Of a stretch of 29,245 bases of DNA, positions 1 to 9,250 are shown in pieces. The translations under genes and the position numbers were made by a program. The stretch lies in assembly GCA_029855935.1 (NCBI GenBank), contig JAGSHN010000014.1, positions 1 through 29,245 of the forward strand. Reading direction: 5' to 3'. Numbering within the stretch: the first letter of the stretch is position 1; each line of letters starts with the position of its first letter. The DNA is from Candidatus Thorarchaeota archaeon (GTDB lineage: Archaea > Asgardarchaeota > Thorarchaeia > Thorarchaeales > Thorarchaeaceae). The notes beneath the pieces were generated by a model that saw only the letters and a program-made list of their open reading frames with translations, was not told the origin of the DNA and searched no databases.

Positions 1-2
1 TA

Positions 3-635
3 GAATTCACTGGGGCAATCGATGGAACTCTTACACTACTTGTGTCAACTGATATCTTGGGCGACCTTCAAGTACATTCACTGAACATAGCTACCTCGGC
101 TGAACAGGAACACTCAGAGCAAGAGCTAGAGGATGCTGCGAGAGAGATGAGAACACAATATGACGAGTTCCTGTCAGAATTCGCCTTTCCTGTAGTATTC
201 AGCACTACTCTGATATTGGGATGGACAGCAATTGAAGCTGCGGCATCTCCCTTGGCGATTGGCACAAACTTGGGAGCCCTACTGGTGATGCTTGCTGCTT
301 GGACTGCATTGTTTGTATCTTTTTTTGCGTATCTCTTCTATACTGTAGATGCGGGAATGACCAATCCCTTTGCTGCAGCCGCATCACTGCTCGAACTCCT
401 GATAGGAATGCTTTGCGACAGCAAATATGTACGCTTGGCTCTTGGCAGGGCATGGTGCATATTTGATATATGGAGAACACTACGATCTGTCGACCTGGGG
501 GTGCCTTCTGGCTCTCGCAAAATAGGCCTCTGGTCTGCTACAATCATACTAGCAAAGGTAACGGTCTTGGTCACTTGTATCTATTACATCTCCAAGTTCT
601 TGGGGATGGGATTTGAGGGTCAACCGATGGGGTAG
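3..635 (+). CDS. 5'-partial variable C-terminal tip (variant 1) of the cassette protein family; multi-pass hydrophobic domain
   Basis: Frame is open from base 3 (EFTGAIDGTLTLLVSTDILGDLQV...). LLVSTDILG...HSEQELEDA aligns by eye with HVKSDLLG...LSDSEYEAL (2849-4150) and LWVDLLG...MSDSEMEAL (28187-29245), followed by 3-4 hydrophobic helices. Confidence 0.7.
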   Translation, partial: EFTGAIDGTLTLLVSTDILGDLQVHSLNIATSAEQEHSEQELEDAAREMRTQYDEFLSEFAFPVVFSTTLILGWTAIEAAASPLAIGTNLGALLVMLAAWTALFVSFFAYLFYTVDAGMTNPFAAAASLLELLIGMLCDSKYVRLALGRAWCIFDIWRTLRSVDLGVPSGSRKIGLWSATIILAKVTVLVTCIYYISKFLGMGFEGQPMG

Positions 636-642
636 AAATACT

Positions 643-1296
643 ATGACCGAACGGCAACTCCTCTTTCTCAGGATCTTCGGGATATTCGGAATGGTGTTCC
701 TGATAATCCTGCTTGTTCGGATAGCGGATTTCTGTTTCGAACACAATCGTGGGCCTGTTCTTCTGCGACGTGTTGGACGATTTTTCTGTGGGACCTTCGA
801 GCGAGCAATGGCAACCTACGGCACATCCCACGTTGTGTTTCAAGTCTTCATTGCATTCTTGCTCTTGTGGGGCTATCACTACGACAGAGACACTGGAGTC
901 ATAACGATTGAAGAACTTCTGATAGTCATTCTATTCTTCGCACCTTTTCTTGTCATCTTCCTATACATGGCGTACAGAGACCTGTCAAAGCGGTTCGGGA
1001 GAAGAGAGATGACAGAGAGAGAGCGGGCTTGGGAACAGGCCTGGGAACAACTCCCAATAGACACAATAGTAGGAGCAATAGAGACGGCTTTTCGTCAGTC
1101 TACACCTGACAGGACCACATTCAAAGAAGCGGTATGCGCTCTTCTCACGAAGTACGAGAAGATGCATCACGGAAGAACGCGAGATATCTATGCCCGCGCA
1201 TTTGAACAACTGCTAGCACGAAACGACGAGTGTTCGGAGGCATTCAGGGAAGTCTACGAGGAGTGGTATGCTAGAGATTTGCAAGGTGGGGACTAG
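643..1296 (+). CDS. Small membrane partner protein (candidate immunity), family A: 3 TM segments plus helical cytoplasmic C-terminal domain
   Basis: ATG 7 nt after the stop of the tip gene; hydrophobic N-half; C-terminal motifs RREMTERER and LLARNDECSEAFRE resemble those of ORF 6065, and the latter also that of ORF 2124. Confidence 0.75.
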   Translation: MTERQLLFLRIFGIFGMVFLIILLVRIADFCFEHNRGPVLLRRVGRFFCGTFERAMATYGTSHVVFQVFIAFLLLWGYHYDRDTGVITIEELLIVILFFAPFLVIFLYMAYRDLSKRFGRREMTERERAWEQAWEQLPIDTIVGAIETAFRQSTPDRTTFKEAVCALLTKYEKMHHGRTRDIYARAFEQLLARNDECSEAFREVYEEWYARDLQGGD

Positions 1297-1344
1297 TGTG
1301 TGACATTGCCAGAACGCTATCGTTGTCAACAATGTGGGCACCAG

Positions 1345-1600
1345 TAAGACATAGAATATCGACAGTCCTGATTGATAGGCGGGATAAGACGACGATGCTC
1401 GTTCGTTGAGGCGATGACAAGTGCATGCCACTGGGCAACGTTGGCTCTTGCAGAACCGCTTACGGTGTTCAGGTTCGGATACGTGTCCAGTTCGTTTGAG
1501 AGGATAGTGAGGTCGTTGCGAAGGCCGTTCTGTAGTGTCAACGAAGCGGCCTATCCGAGCACCGACTGGCAGTGGGGGTGCGTATCGCTCCGTGGCCCGG
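1345..1600 (+). pseudogene. Highly decayed relic of the constant segment
   Basis: cagtcctgattgat...gacgacgatgct...ggcgatg resembles the VALYDENMQRVMMILFGD segment and its relic at about 24590-24660; tcaacg...ctatcc...cgtatcgctcc resembles the FNVYFYP...SYRSSG segment. Weak, by-eye alignment. Confidence 0.3.
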
Positions 1601-1704
1601 TGCGAAATTACCTTGCGAGTCAGCTGGCACCTGAACTCCTCCAGAGAGGCATTGAATCTCTGAAGACTCATCCTGCTGTGAGGTATGCTCGGACTGCGTA
1701 GGTC

Positions 1705-2109
1705 TTGGTCGGCTCGGTCAGATTCCTTGATCTCTCAACGGCAGTGCTTGTCTCATCAACAATTGGTGCTGTCCTCCTGACCGCAGTATTCTTAGGAGCT
1801 GCCTACTCACTCATACCTGTGGCCGCAGGATTGTTTGGATATGCAGAGGCGGGAGTCGTCTGGCCTGTGGTGCTTGTTCAGGCCATAATCTATCTTGGCT
1901 TCTGGCTATTGGGCGAGTTCAATCTGGAGACGCTCGCTGGCAGCATTCTTCGTGTCTACCACTTTCTATGCCTTCTCTACGGCCCGTTTCCAGATGTCAC
2001 TTATGACATCTTTTCCCTGCCGTGGTTGAGCTGGGCAACAATCTGTTTCCTACTGGGTACTACGTCTCTTGCAGCTGCGAATATTGTCTACTATTTTGGG
2101 TTGGCCTAG
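1705..2109 (+). CDS. Hydrophobic membrane ORF, probably an orphan or truncated variable tip
   Basis: 134 aa, almost entirely hydrophobic; no clear RBS; stop overlaps the RBS of the next partner gene, as for other tip-partner pairs. Confidence 0.5.
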   Translation: MVGSVRFLDLSTAVLVSSTIGAVLLTAVFLGAAYSLIPVAAGLFGYAEAGVVWPVVLVQAIIYLGFWLLGEFNLETLAGSILRVYHFLCLLYGPFPDVTYDIFSLPWLSWATICFLLGTTSLAAANIVYYFGLA

Positions 2110-2116
2110 GAGGTGA
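2109..2116 (+). promoter_or_regulatory. Shine-Dalgarno site GGAGGTGA
   Basis: Archaeal anti-SD complement 7 nt upstream of ATG 2124; the same motif at 5038-5045 precedes TTG 5050. Confidence 0.75.
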
Positions 2117-2123
2117 ATTCACA

Positions 2124-2759
2124 ATGGTTGACACATCAACGATTCTAATTGTCATTCTTGGAGGAGCAATTGTTTCAATCCTCTTGGGTCTTACATGGTA
2201 TGTTGAAGGCTTTGTCTACCAGTACTACCGACTGAGTTCGATTGTTCCATCTACTCGTCTGCACATACTTATTCTTCGGTTCTATTCGGAAAGACCCGCT
2301 GTTTTGGATATAACAATCTACACACTAGGCATCATAGGATGTGCGATATCTATTCTCGTGGGTCACGCTGTGAGTGGTTCTTTTGGCGTAGCAATTGCAC
2401 TCATTGTAGGGCTCGCCTACTTATGGCAGTTCAAAGCCGGTTTGCGGCTGAAAGATCGTATTGAGAAAAGACTGACAACGGATAGCAAAAGAGGATTGAC
2501 GATACGGGAAAAGGACCCACTTCTCCAACAGCAACATTATATGATGCTTATTCGGAAAAAACTCCAATACTCGCAGAATCCAGTTGAAGACTTTAAGGAG
2601 TACGTAGAGTTCCTTCTGAGCCAAGTAGAACCTGCACCAGAAGTTATAGAGAGAATCTTGCACCGATATGCAAAGGGAAGAGATGAGATAGCAACTCTGG
2701 CACAGAACCTGCTAGAACAGCATTTCAAATCGGAAAAACAGTCAGTTTCTGAAGAATAG
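2124..2759 (+). CDS. Small membrane partner protein (candidate immunity), family A
   Basis: Start set at 2124 by the SD; 3 TM segments; C-terminal helical domain ending YAKGRDEIATLAQ, similar to LSKRDDAIGREAR and LLARNDECSEAFR. Confidence 0.75.
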   Translation: MVDTSTILIVILGGAIVSILLGLTWYVEGFVYQYYRLSSIVPSTRLHILILRFYSERPAVLDITIYTLGIIGCAISILVGHAVSGSFGVAIALIVGLAYLWQFKAGLRLKDRIEKRLTTDSKRGLTIREKDPLLQQQHYMMLIRKKLQYSQNPVEDFKEYVEFLLSQVEPAPEVIERILHRYAKGRDEIATLAQNLLEQHFKSEKQSVSEE

Positions 2760-2799
2760 TATGGTTTCTAAGAGGCAGATCGGAGTCTCTCTACTGAAA

Positions 2800-2827
2800 A
2801 AGACATATGGGCTCTATTCAATGAGAA
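2800..2827 (+). repeat. Short relic of the KTYVALYDEN segment
   Basis: aagacatatgggctctattcaatgagaa vs aagacatatgtggctctctacgatgagaa at 2990-3018. Confidence 0.55.
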
Positions 2828-2848
2828 GCTCCTTCAGGACATAGTTAC

Positions 2849-4150
2849 ATGACGTGGTCGAGCATAGCGACAGGAAGCGGCTGGCACGGTCCGTGCTACG
2901 TCCACGTCCTGGACAGACCGTTCAGACTCTATCAGCTCAGCGAGTTCTCCGTCACGGGCGAACTGCGACAGAGCTACCACACGATGGGCAAGACATATGT
3001 GGCTCTCTACGATGAGAACATGCAGCGCGTGATGATGATACTCTTCGGCGACTCGTGGTACTCCTCGTCAAAGGGCTACTTCAACGTCTACTTCTATCCT
3101 CAGGGCGCTTCATCGTCGTACCGCTCCTCAGGCTACATCTACTCCTCCTTCAGGAAGACGGGGAGGCTCTGGTGGGACGAGTACGATGGCAGTCCGCAGG
3201 GCGCCATCTTTGCCAGCATCGATGGACAGGGATCGTCCTATCCGCTGGCGAGCGTCATCAACGCGTCGCGGGTCATCAAGTACGTTGCCATCCTCGGCTA
3301 CAGGGCCTACTCCTATCCCCTCGTCGAGATGAGGGTCCACGACATCAGAGTTGTCGCGGACCTGAACAGACACAATCCCAACGCACAGGACCCCGATGAG
3401 CCTGTGGCCTATGATGGGACAGCAGGAGCACAGAACGATTGTGCGGGTGCCGAGGCTGCAAGGTACAGTGACGAGGTGCAGAATGATGTTGAGACATACT
3501 GGACTGGTCCGTGGCCAGAGGTGCACGTCGTTGCTCATCGTGTCGACTCTGACGAGAGCCAGTTTCACATTCACGTGAAGAGCGACCTGCTCGGCAACTG
3601 GGAGATTGTCGAACTATCTGCAAACACCTTCGGACTGCAGGCTCTCTCGGACTCTGAATATGAGGCTCTTCAGGATGATACGGCGGAAACCATAGACAGC
3701 ATCTGGGACGAGACACTCTTCTATGCCGCACTTGCAATGCAGATATCGTGGCTCGCCCTCGCTGTCGCGGGTACTCTTGTGTGGTTTGGTGCAAGCACTT
3801 GGTATTTCATTATCGCATTGGCGGTATGGGTCGGCACCTTTACAGCCTACGTCCTTCTGCTCTATCAGTCATTTGTTGAGAGAGGAATGTTTGGTTTTGC
3901 ATATGCAAGGAGGTTTCTCTTGTCTATCATAGGACTAGTAGCGAACATTGTTGCTTCCATGAGAGGCCTTCTAGGTCTTGGTGTGAAGGACCCATTGAAG
4001 CTGAGGAGATACTGGAGCAGGTACGGTTTTAGGAGGATGACAAAGAGCGGGCCAAAGGGTCGCGTCGCCTCTGGAGTTCTTGTTGCATCAATGTTCTTGC
4101 TTGTACTTACTGCTCTATTGGCATCTCTTATCTACATTGGAGGGAACTAA
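2849..4150 (+). CDS. Cassette protein variant 2: constant domain (about aa 1-184) plus divergent hinge and multi-TM C-terminal tip; probably an orphan lacking the N-terminus
   Basis: 433 aa ORF; part of the N-terminal region is near-identical to 28955-29245; in-frame stop 9 codons upstream, no SD and no signal peptide; hydrophobic C-terminal helices. Confidence 0.85.
   Translation: MTWSSIATGSGWHGPCYVHVLDRPFRLYQLSEFSVTGELRQSYHTMGKTYVALYDENMQRVMMILFGDSWYSSSKGYFNVYFYPQGASSSYRSSGYIYSSFRKTGRLWWDEYDGSPQGAIFASIDGQGSSYPLASVINASRVIKYVAILGYRAYSYPLVEMRVHDIRVVADLNRHNPNAQDPDEPVAYDGTAGAQNDCAGAEAARYSDEVQNDVETYWTGPWPEVHVVAHRVDSDESQFHIHVKSDLLGNWEIVELSANTFGLQALSDSEYEALQDDTAETIDSIWDETLFYAALAMQISWLALAVAGTLVWFGASTWYFIIALAVWVGTFTAYVLLLYQSFVERGMFGFAYARRFLLSIIGLVANIVASMRGLLGLGVKDPLKLRRYWSRYGFRRMTKSGPKGRVASGVLVASMFLLVLTALLASLIYIGGN
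3110..3400 (+). repeat. Constant-region repeat, left copy (inverted partner 28955-29245)
   Basis: 3110-3251 is identical to the reverse complement of 29104-29245 (142 bp); colinear with mostly synonymous differences to 3400/28955, then abrupt divergence. Confidence 0.97.
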
Positions 4151-4208
4151 GGACAATGCTGGCCTCTAAGTCAGTCTTTGTTCATGAATCACTGTGGAGG
4201 AACAGACT

Positions 4209-4616
4209 ATGCATCTTGATTGGCTTCTGCTAGGCGCAATTGTAGGCTTCTTGATAATGACTGTCTTGGAAGCGGGAAGTGTCTATGGCATTCGACATCT
4301 CAGAGAACCTGAGAAAGCATGTCCAGCGATTGGCATCTTGTATCTCAGAGCAGTGGAGCGGCGAAGTACAAAGTTCACATATGAGATTGTCGCGTTGGAA
4401 GCTCCTCTTCTGTGTATCCTTCTGGCAGGATATCTCCTTGCGCCATCCGAACTCGTAGACTTCTTGTTCGCACGTCCTGTTCCTTCTATCAACTTATTCC
4501 TAACTCTTGCGTTGGCGGGCTTTCTCGTTGCCGTCTGTTGGACAACAGAAACAACGGAGGGGCCGACTGATGAGGAGGAGCCGACAGATGAGGAGTCCGA
4601 ATTGGAACCAGCATAG
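4209..4616 (+). CDS. Small 3-TM membrane partner protein with acidic tail (candidate immunity for variant 2)
   Basis: GGAGG upstream of ATG 4209; three hydrophobic segments; tail EGPTDEEEPTDEESE with an 18-bp tandem duplication. Confidence 0.75.
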   Translation: MHLDWLLLGAIVGFLIMTVLEAGSVYGIRHLREPEKACPAIGILYLRAVERRSTKFTYEIVALEAPLLCILLAGYLLAPSELVDFLFARPVPSINLFLTLALAGFLVAVCWTTETTEGPTDEEEPTDEESELEPA

Positions 4617-5049
4617 TCGTCTTCAGCATCGCAATGTCATTCTTGGTTCAGCAGGTCTATGAGATGCAGGTGCAACGGATTCAAGATGCAATCAGAGGTA
4701 CCATTCATCCTATTGTAGCTCTTCTGGTTGTGGTTGCGCTGGCGACTGCAATCCGTGCACAGGAGTCATTATCGCGTTCCTGATCAGACTGAGAGGAGCG
4801 AGGTTGTGCGAGCAGAGGGCTGAGTCAATAGGGACCTGAGATAGATGGTCGCCACAGCAGGACTCTTGGGCGTCTTGCCTTGTCCTTGGGTGGGCCACAC
4901 CCTTCTCCACAAGACTCATTACCGATGAGCTCCACTCTGCACGATGTTCTTGAGGCAGGTTACACAGGTCCCGTCTTGGTGCAACTACTTCCAACCCCGA
5001 AACGATCTCTCTATGTTCAGTCGGGGCTGACGGTCCGGGAGGTGATTCT

Positions 5050-5475
5050 TTGAGAGGTACATCTCTCATCTTGGCCATTGAACTCCTCTCAGTTGCGGAG
5101 ATCATTCTCCGTCTCGTGGTGGTCTTCTTTGCGTTCTTGATTCCACTCCTTGCCATCTTCCTCTTGGACTGGATATTCTTCTACTGGAGGCCTCAAGGTA
5201 GACCTGTGCGGGTGTATCTTGCACATCCAAGACTGGTCGGCGTGCTCGCGGATGTCCTCTTTTTTCTGGTTGGTACGGTCGTCTCCTTTTTCACCTTCGG
5301 GTATGTCTTCTACATAATGGTGGTATCCGTCCTGATACCTGAGGCGCCTCCCATAGTCGGAATGGCAATGGGTGCAGGTATGACTCCGTTAGTACTACTC
5401 GACTATCTCATACGGGACCGCAAAGAGAGACTGCAGAGAATCAGACGGCGATATGAGTCGGCCACTGAGGATTGA
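5050..5475 (+). CDS. Small 3-TM membrane partner protein (orphan candidate immunity), family B
   Basis: GGAGGTGA before TTG; TM segments; ends PLVLLDYLIRDRKERL, compare PLGELLDYRREKRE in 27762-28187. Confidence 0.75.
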   Translation: MRGTSLILAIELLSVAEIILRLVVVFFAFLIPLLAIFLLDWIFFYWRPQGRPVRVYLAHPRLVGVLADVLFFLVGTVVSFFTFGYVFYIMVVSVLIPEAPPIVGMAMGAGMTPLVLLDYLIRDRKERLQRIRRRYESATED

Positions 5476-6064
5476 CCGCGCTCGTCTTGCAGATGTTGGC
5501 CTGAGACAGAAGAGCGCGTTGTTGAGACTGCATAGTGCCGCAAGAAACTTCTCTACAACCGAATTCAGCAGAGGACCTGCCTATTCTGTCCGAGTGGCGA
5601 TGTATCACGGCGAGCCGAGGGCTATCAGATATGCGGCCGTCTGTAGAGGTCTAGTTGACGCAGGAATTGTCTACTGGTGGAGAGGTTGGTGACCTGTCCC
5701 ATATGCGGGCTACCTGAGGCTGAGAGTGGGCAGGTATGTTCGTCTCTGTGATTGCAATCCAACCTCTGGGAGGTGCAACTCTTCAGTCGAGGTCTATGAG
5801 GAACCAGACCAGCTACCGCTTCTGGATCGTTGATTGGCCCTGCTGTCACACCGATGGGGAGGGGCCGCACTCATCTTTTCAGATATGCGCTGAGTCCTGA
5901 CAGGATGGTAGAGTGCCCGGAACAACGGTATGATGCAGGACGCTGGGGACGAGAAAATAGCATCATCTTCGCGCCAAATACTTATGTTAGGGTCTCTCTG
6001 GGATTGTTCCTGCCCTGGCGGTTCGATGCTGGGAACTATGGCCCACTGGGTGGTGACAGGTAGG

Positions 6065-6610
6065 ATGAGTGGCATCTATGCTCTCGTTGCGGCGGTCTTG
6101 TTCCTTCTTCTTCTTGCTGTGGCGGACAGGAACAAGGCCCGTTTCACCAATCGAGTACTATTGAGAGTCAGAGAGTTTCTTCATTCATCTCGAAAGACCT
6201 ATTTTGCTCTGTACTTTACCAGTCTTGTCTTCATTGCTATCTCTTTCAATTTGTTTGTAGGCGAGTCCGGAGACCGTTTTCTTCAGGAAGCATTCACCTG
6301 GCCAATCCAACTCTTCATCTGGCTGAATATGACTGCACTCGTAGTATTGTACAGTCTTGGTAGATTCAGAAGGAAGATGACAGAAGAAGAGAGATTTGAT
6401 GCCCTGCTCAGAGTCTTCGAGGAGACTGTTGAGAGAGCACCAACTCCTGCTGAGGGCATTGATCACGTCCTAGAGTATATCACTGAGTACCGTGACGAGT
6501 TTCCTCACGAGTTTCCAAGAGACATCCCTGGACGGTTCCTAGCGTATCTCTCGAAGAGGGATGATGCAATTGGCAGAGAAGCACGAGAGAGATGCAAAAC
6601 AATTCAATAG
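6065..6610 (+). CDS. Small membrane partner protein (orphan candidate immunity), family A
   Basis: GGTGGTGA...TAGGATG context supports start 6065; 3 TM segments then RRKMTEEER...LSKRDDAIGREARE. Confidence 0.75.
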   Translation: MSGIYALVAAVLFLLLLAVADRNKARFTNRVLLRVREFLHSSRKTYFALYFTSLVFIAISFNLFVGESGDRFLQEAFTWPIQLFIWLNMTALVVLYSLGRFRRKMTEEERFDALLRVFEETVERAPTPAEGIDHVLEYITEYRDEFPHEFPRDIPGRFLAYLSKRDDAIGREARERCKTIQ

Positions 6611-6671
6611 GTCTTCCTGCACTTGGAACTCAGTCTGACATGACCTCGCGGAGTACTCCCACATAAGAGAA

Positions 6672-6819
6672 GCGTTTGTGGCTCTATTCGGTGAGGACAG
6701 GCAGATGGTGATGCTGATCCTGTGGGGTGATGCGTGGGTGGCTACCACGAAAGGCTGCTTCAACGTCTACTTCTATCCTCAGGGCGGTTCATCGTCGTAT
6801 CGCTCCTCAGGCTACATCT
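6672..6819 (+). pseudogene. Truncated constant-region copy
   Basis: Translates AFVALFGEDRQMVMLILWGDAWVATTKGCFNVYFYPQGGSSSYRSSGYI vs TYVALYDENMQRVMMILFGDSWYSSSKGYFNVYFYPQGASSSYRSSGYI; the 3' part is near-identical in DNA to about 3074-3140. Confidence 0.9.
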
Positions 6820-9250
6820 CGTCGTAGTCATCCCATCTGTTGCCGCTCATTGTTTCATTCCAAGAGTTCGTGCCCTCGAAGTCCCCTGCGTTCGACAACG
6901 TGCTTCCGCACACAGAGTTGTTGAATGCTACGCAGCCATCCTCCGAGTAGAGATACACGCCTATTCTGGTGCTTCCGCAGACAATATTGTTGCGTATCGT
7001 GGCGGTCTGGCCGTGGCTCAGTGCAATCGCATCGTGGTCTGCTCCGCAGATGACATTGCCATCGATTGTCACGCTATCGGTGCTGCTGGCCGATATGCCA
7101 TCCTGCTGAGACAACACTATGTGGTTCCCAGAGACGACCAGGTCATCTCCGATGTAGGAGCGGATTGCACATATGCCGCTGTCGAAGTCGCAGTCTGCGG
7201 CCGTCACGAGATTGGTGTGATCGAGATAGACACCGTACCCAACAGAGCTGAACTCGGTGCTCTCCACTGAGCATTGGTCCGAGCTCACAGCAAAGACACC
7301 GTGGCTGACATTCGTGAAAGAGGCATCACGCAGTGTCACGTTCGTGCAGGCCACGAGTATGACCTCACCGTAGTCACCGGCCGGCAATACATAGTCGTGC
7401 AGCCCGTTGAAGAAGACAATGGGATATCCGTTCACTGTTGTGTTGTCAAGGTCAGTGATGGACTCCTCCGGAGAAGAAGAGGAGATCACAACTCCCCCGT
7501 AGAGCAACGTATTGTCGAGTATTGTTGTATCGGAGCTGCTTCTAAGAGAGAGACTGCACTCGGATGCCTCAATTATGTTTCCTATGGCCGTGAGACCGAT
7601 GACCTTGAATGTGTCGACACCGTATGAGGAGCACCCTCGGAAATCGTTATTCTCAATGTACACATCTGTGACGGCCTTTGCCTCAATTGCAACGTCAACG
7701 TTAAGCGCTCTCGACTCGATGATGTTGATGGTGGTCGACTCATAGGCACCGACAACAGTGGCAACATCCCACGCGTTGAGCCCCCTGACGGTGATGTTGT
7801 TGGACTCAAATGTCAAGACGGCAGTCGGGACATCATGGAAGTCACCTCCCTGAACGGTACAGTTTGAGGAATTCGCGACAAAGACCTGGCCGTATAGATC
7901 ACCATCAATCCACTCCCACTCCACGATGGACTCGTATAACGCGATGGGCTTCCCGTTGACCGTGCTGCCGCTGTGTTCAAAGAGATAGTGGTCAGCCTTG
8001 TACCCGTCGAGCTTGACACCGCAGCCGTCGAACGTGTCACCCGTGAGACTGGTGTTGACGCAGTATCCTATAGCCGCTCCCGCAACTGTGTTGTTGACGA
8101 AGGAAGAGTCCCTTATGGTCTGATTGCTGGAATACAGTGGAGATACCCCTGACTCACAGTCCTCGGCGGTGATATTCTCATAGCACGTGACGGAAGACGC
8201 CAGTGAGAAGATGCCATTGGCGCACGAGGTGAAGACCGAGTCTCTCACGGCACAGTCAATGGTCGAGTACATCTCGACCCCCTTTCACTACTGTCGAAGG
8301 TACTGTCGAGAACTTGGCTGTCGTTGCACAGTGCCATCAGTACCCCGAAGGCCGCATTGTGGAACATACCACCGATCAGGTCAAAGGACACACAGCTCAC
8401 AGCCACTACCTGACCATAGCTACTGATGTCGTAAGTGCCGCCCACGTAGCCCACAAGGAAGACTATCGGGCGTCCTCCCACAGTGTTGTTGTCGGCCGAT
8501 GCGACGAGATTGTCCCGAGTCGCCATCCACGCGTTGAACGACAGACCGCCTCTGTCAAATGCGTTGTCCTCAAGCGTGATGTCGGTACAGGTGTCAAAGT
8601 ATATTCCCCTCTGAGAATGCGTGGCTCTCGCAGCCTGTGATCGAGAAGTATGTGTCCTCTTGGAGCCAGATGAAACGCTCCCCCGATTCACCGCGACAGC
8701 CGGAAATACCGAAGTCAGCAGAGTATGATACCCCCGCACCGGAAGTGCACGAATTCATTCTACAGTCAGAGACTGAGAAGTCACTGGAATCGTAGATGAG
8801 GGCACCGACATCACGGTTAACAAAGGTACAGTTCTCGATGGAGAATCCATAGGCATCATCAATCCACACACCCCTTCCGAAGGGGATGTGGCCCAAAGGG
8901 GGCCTCCAGTCCGCAACGTCGCTCGACGAATCCCTCACCCCCTCGAAGTAACAATCTCGTATGACGAAGCGAGCATTGACCTGTCTGATTGTGATGGCTG
9001 GGCCGACCGACCTGATGTACAGGTTTGAGATGACGTACGGGTTTGCAGGTGAACCATTCCCGGCGAAACTGTAGTCTTCGAAGTCGCTGTCTTGCAAGAC
9101 ACGAATCGGCTCGTGCTCGACGTATCCCGAGGGAACAACCTCGTTCGCAATCGAGGTCGGTGAGGACCGGAATGTCGTCCTGTGACTCGGCGTGACAATC
9201 AACAGCAGAAGCAAGGAAAATAGCATTGGCATTCCTACATATCTTCTCAT
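6812..9250 (-). pseudogene. Disrupted NosD/PbH1 parallel beta-helix surface protein gene (two frameshifts, 3' truncated)
   Basis: Signal peptide and GNGSPANPYVISNLYI start; split into ORFs 8594-9250, 8245-8739 and 6812-8272 by shifts in G runs at 8606-8609 and 8278-8282; ends at GNRWDDYDEM with no Ig domain or TM anchor. Confidence 0.85.

Noticed and set aside
4620-5049. Intact gene between partner ORFs (4710-5156 minus; also 5453-6063 short ORFs)
   Set aside because: Low-information translations overlapping real genes; more likely decayed cassette DNA, and I could not reconstruct a frame.
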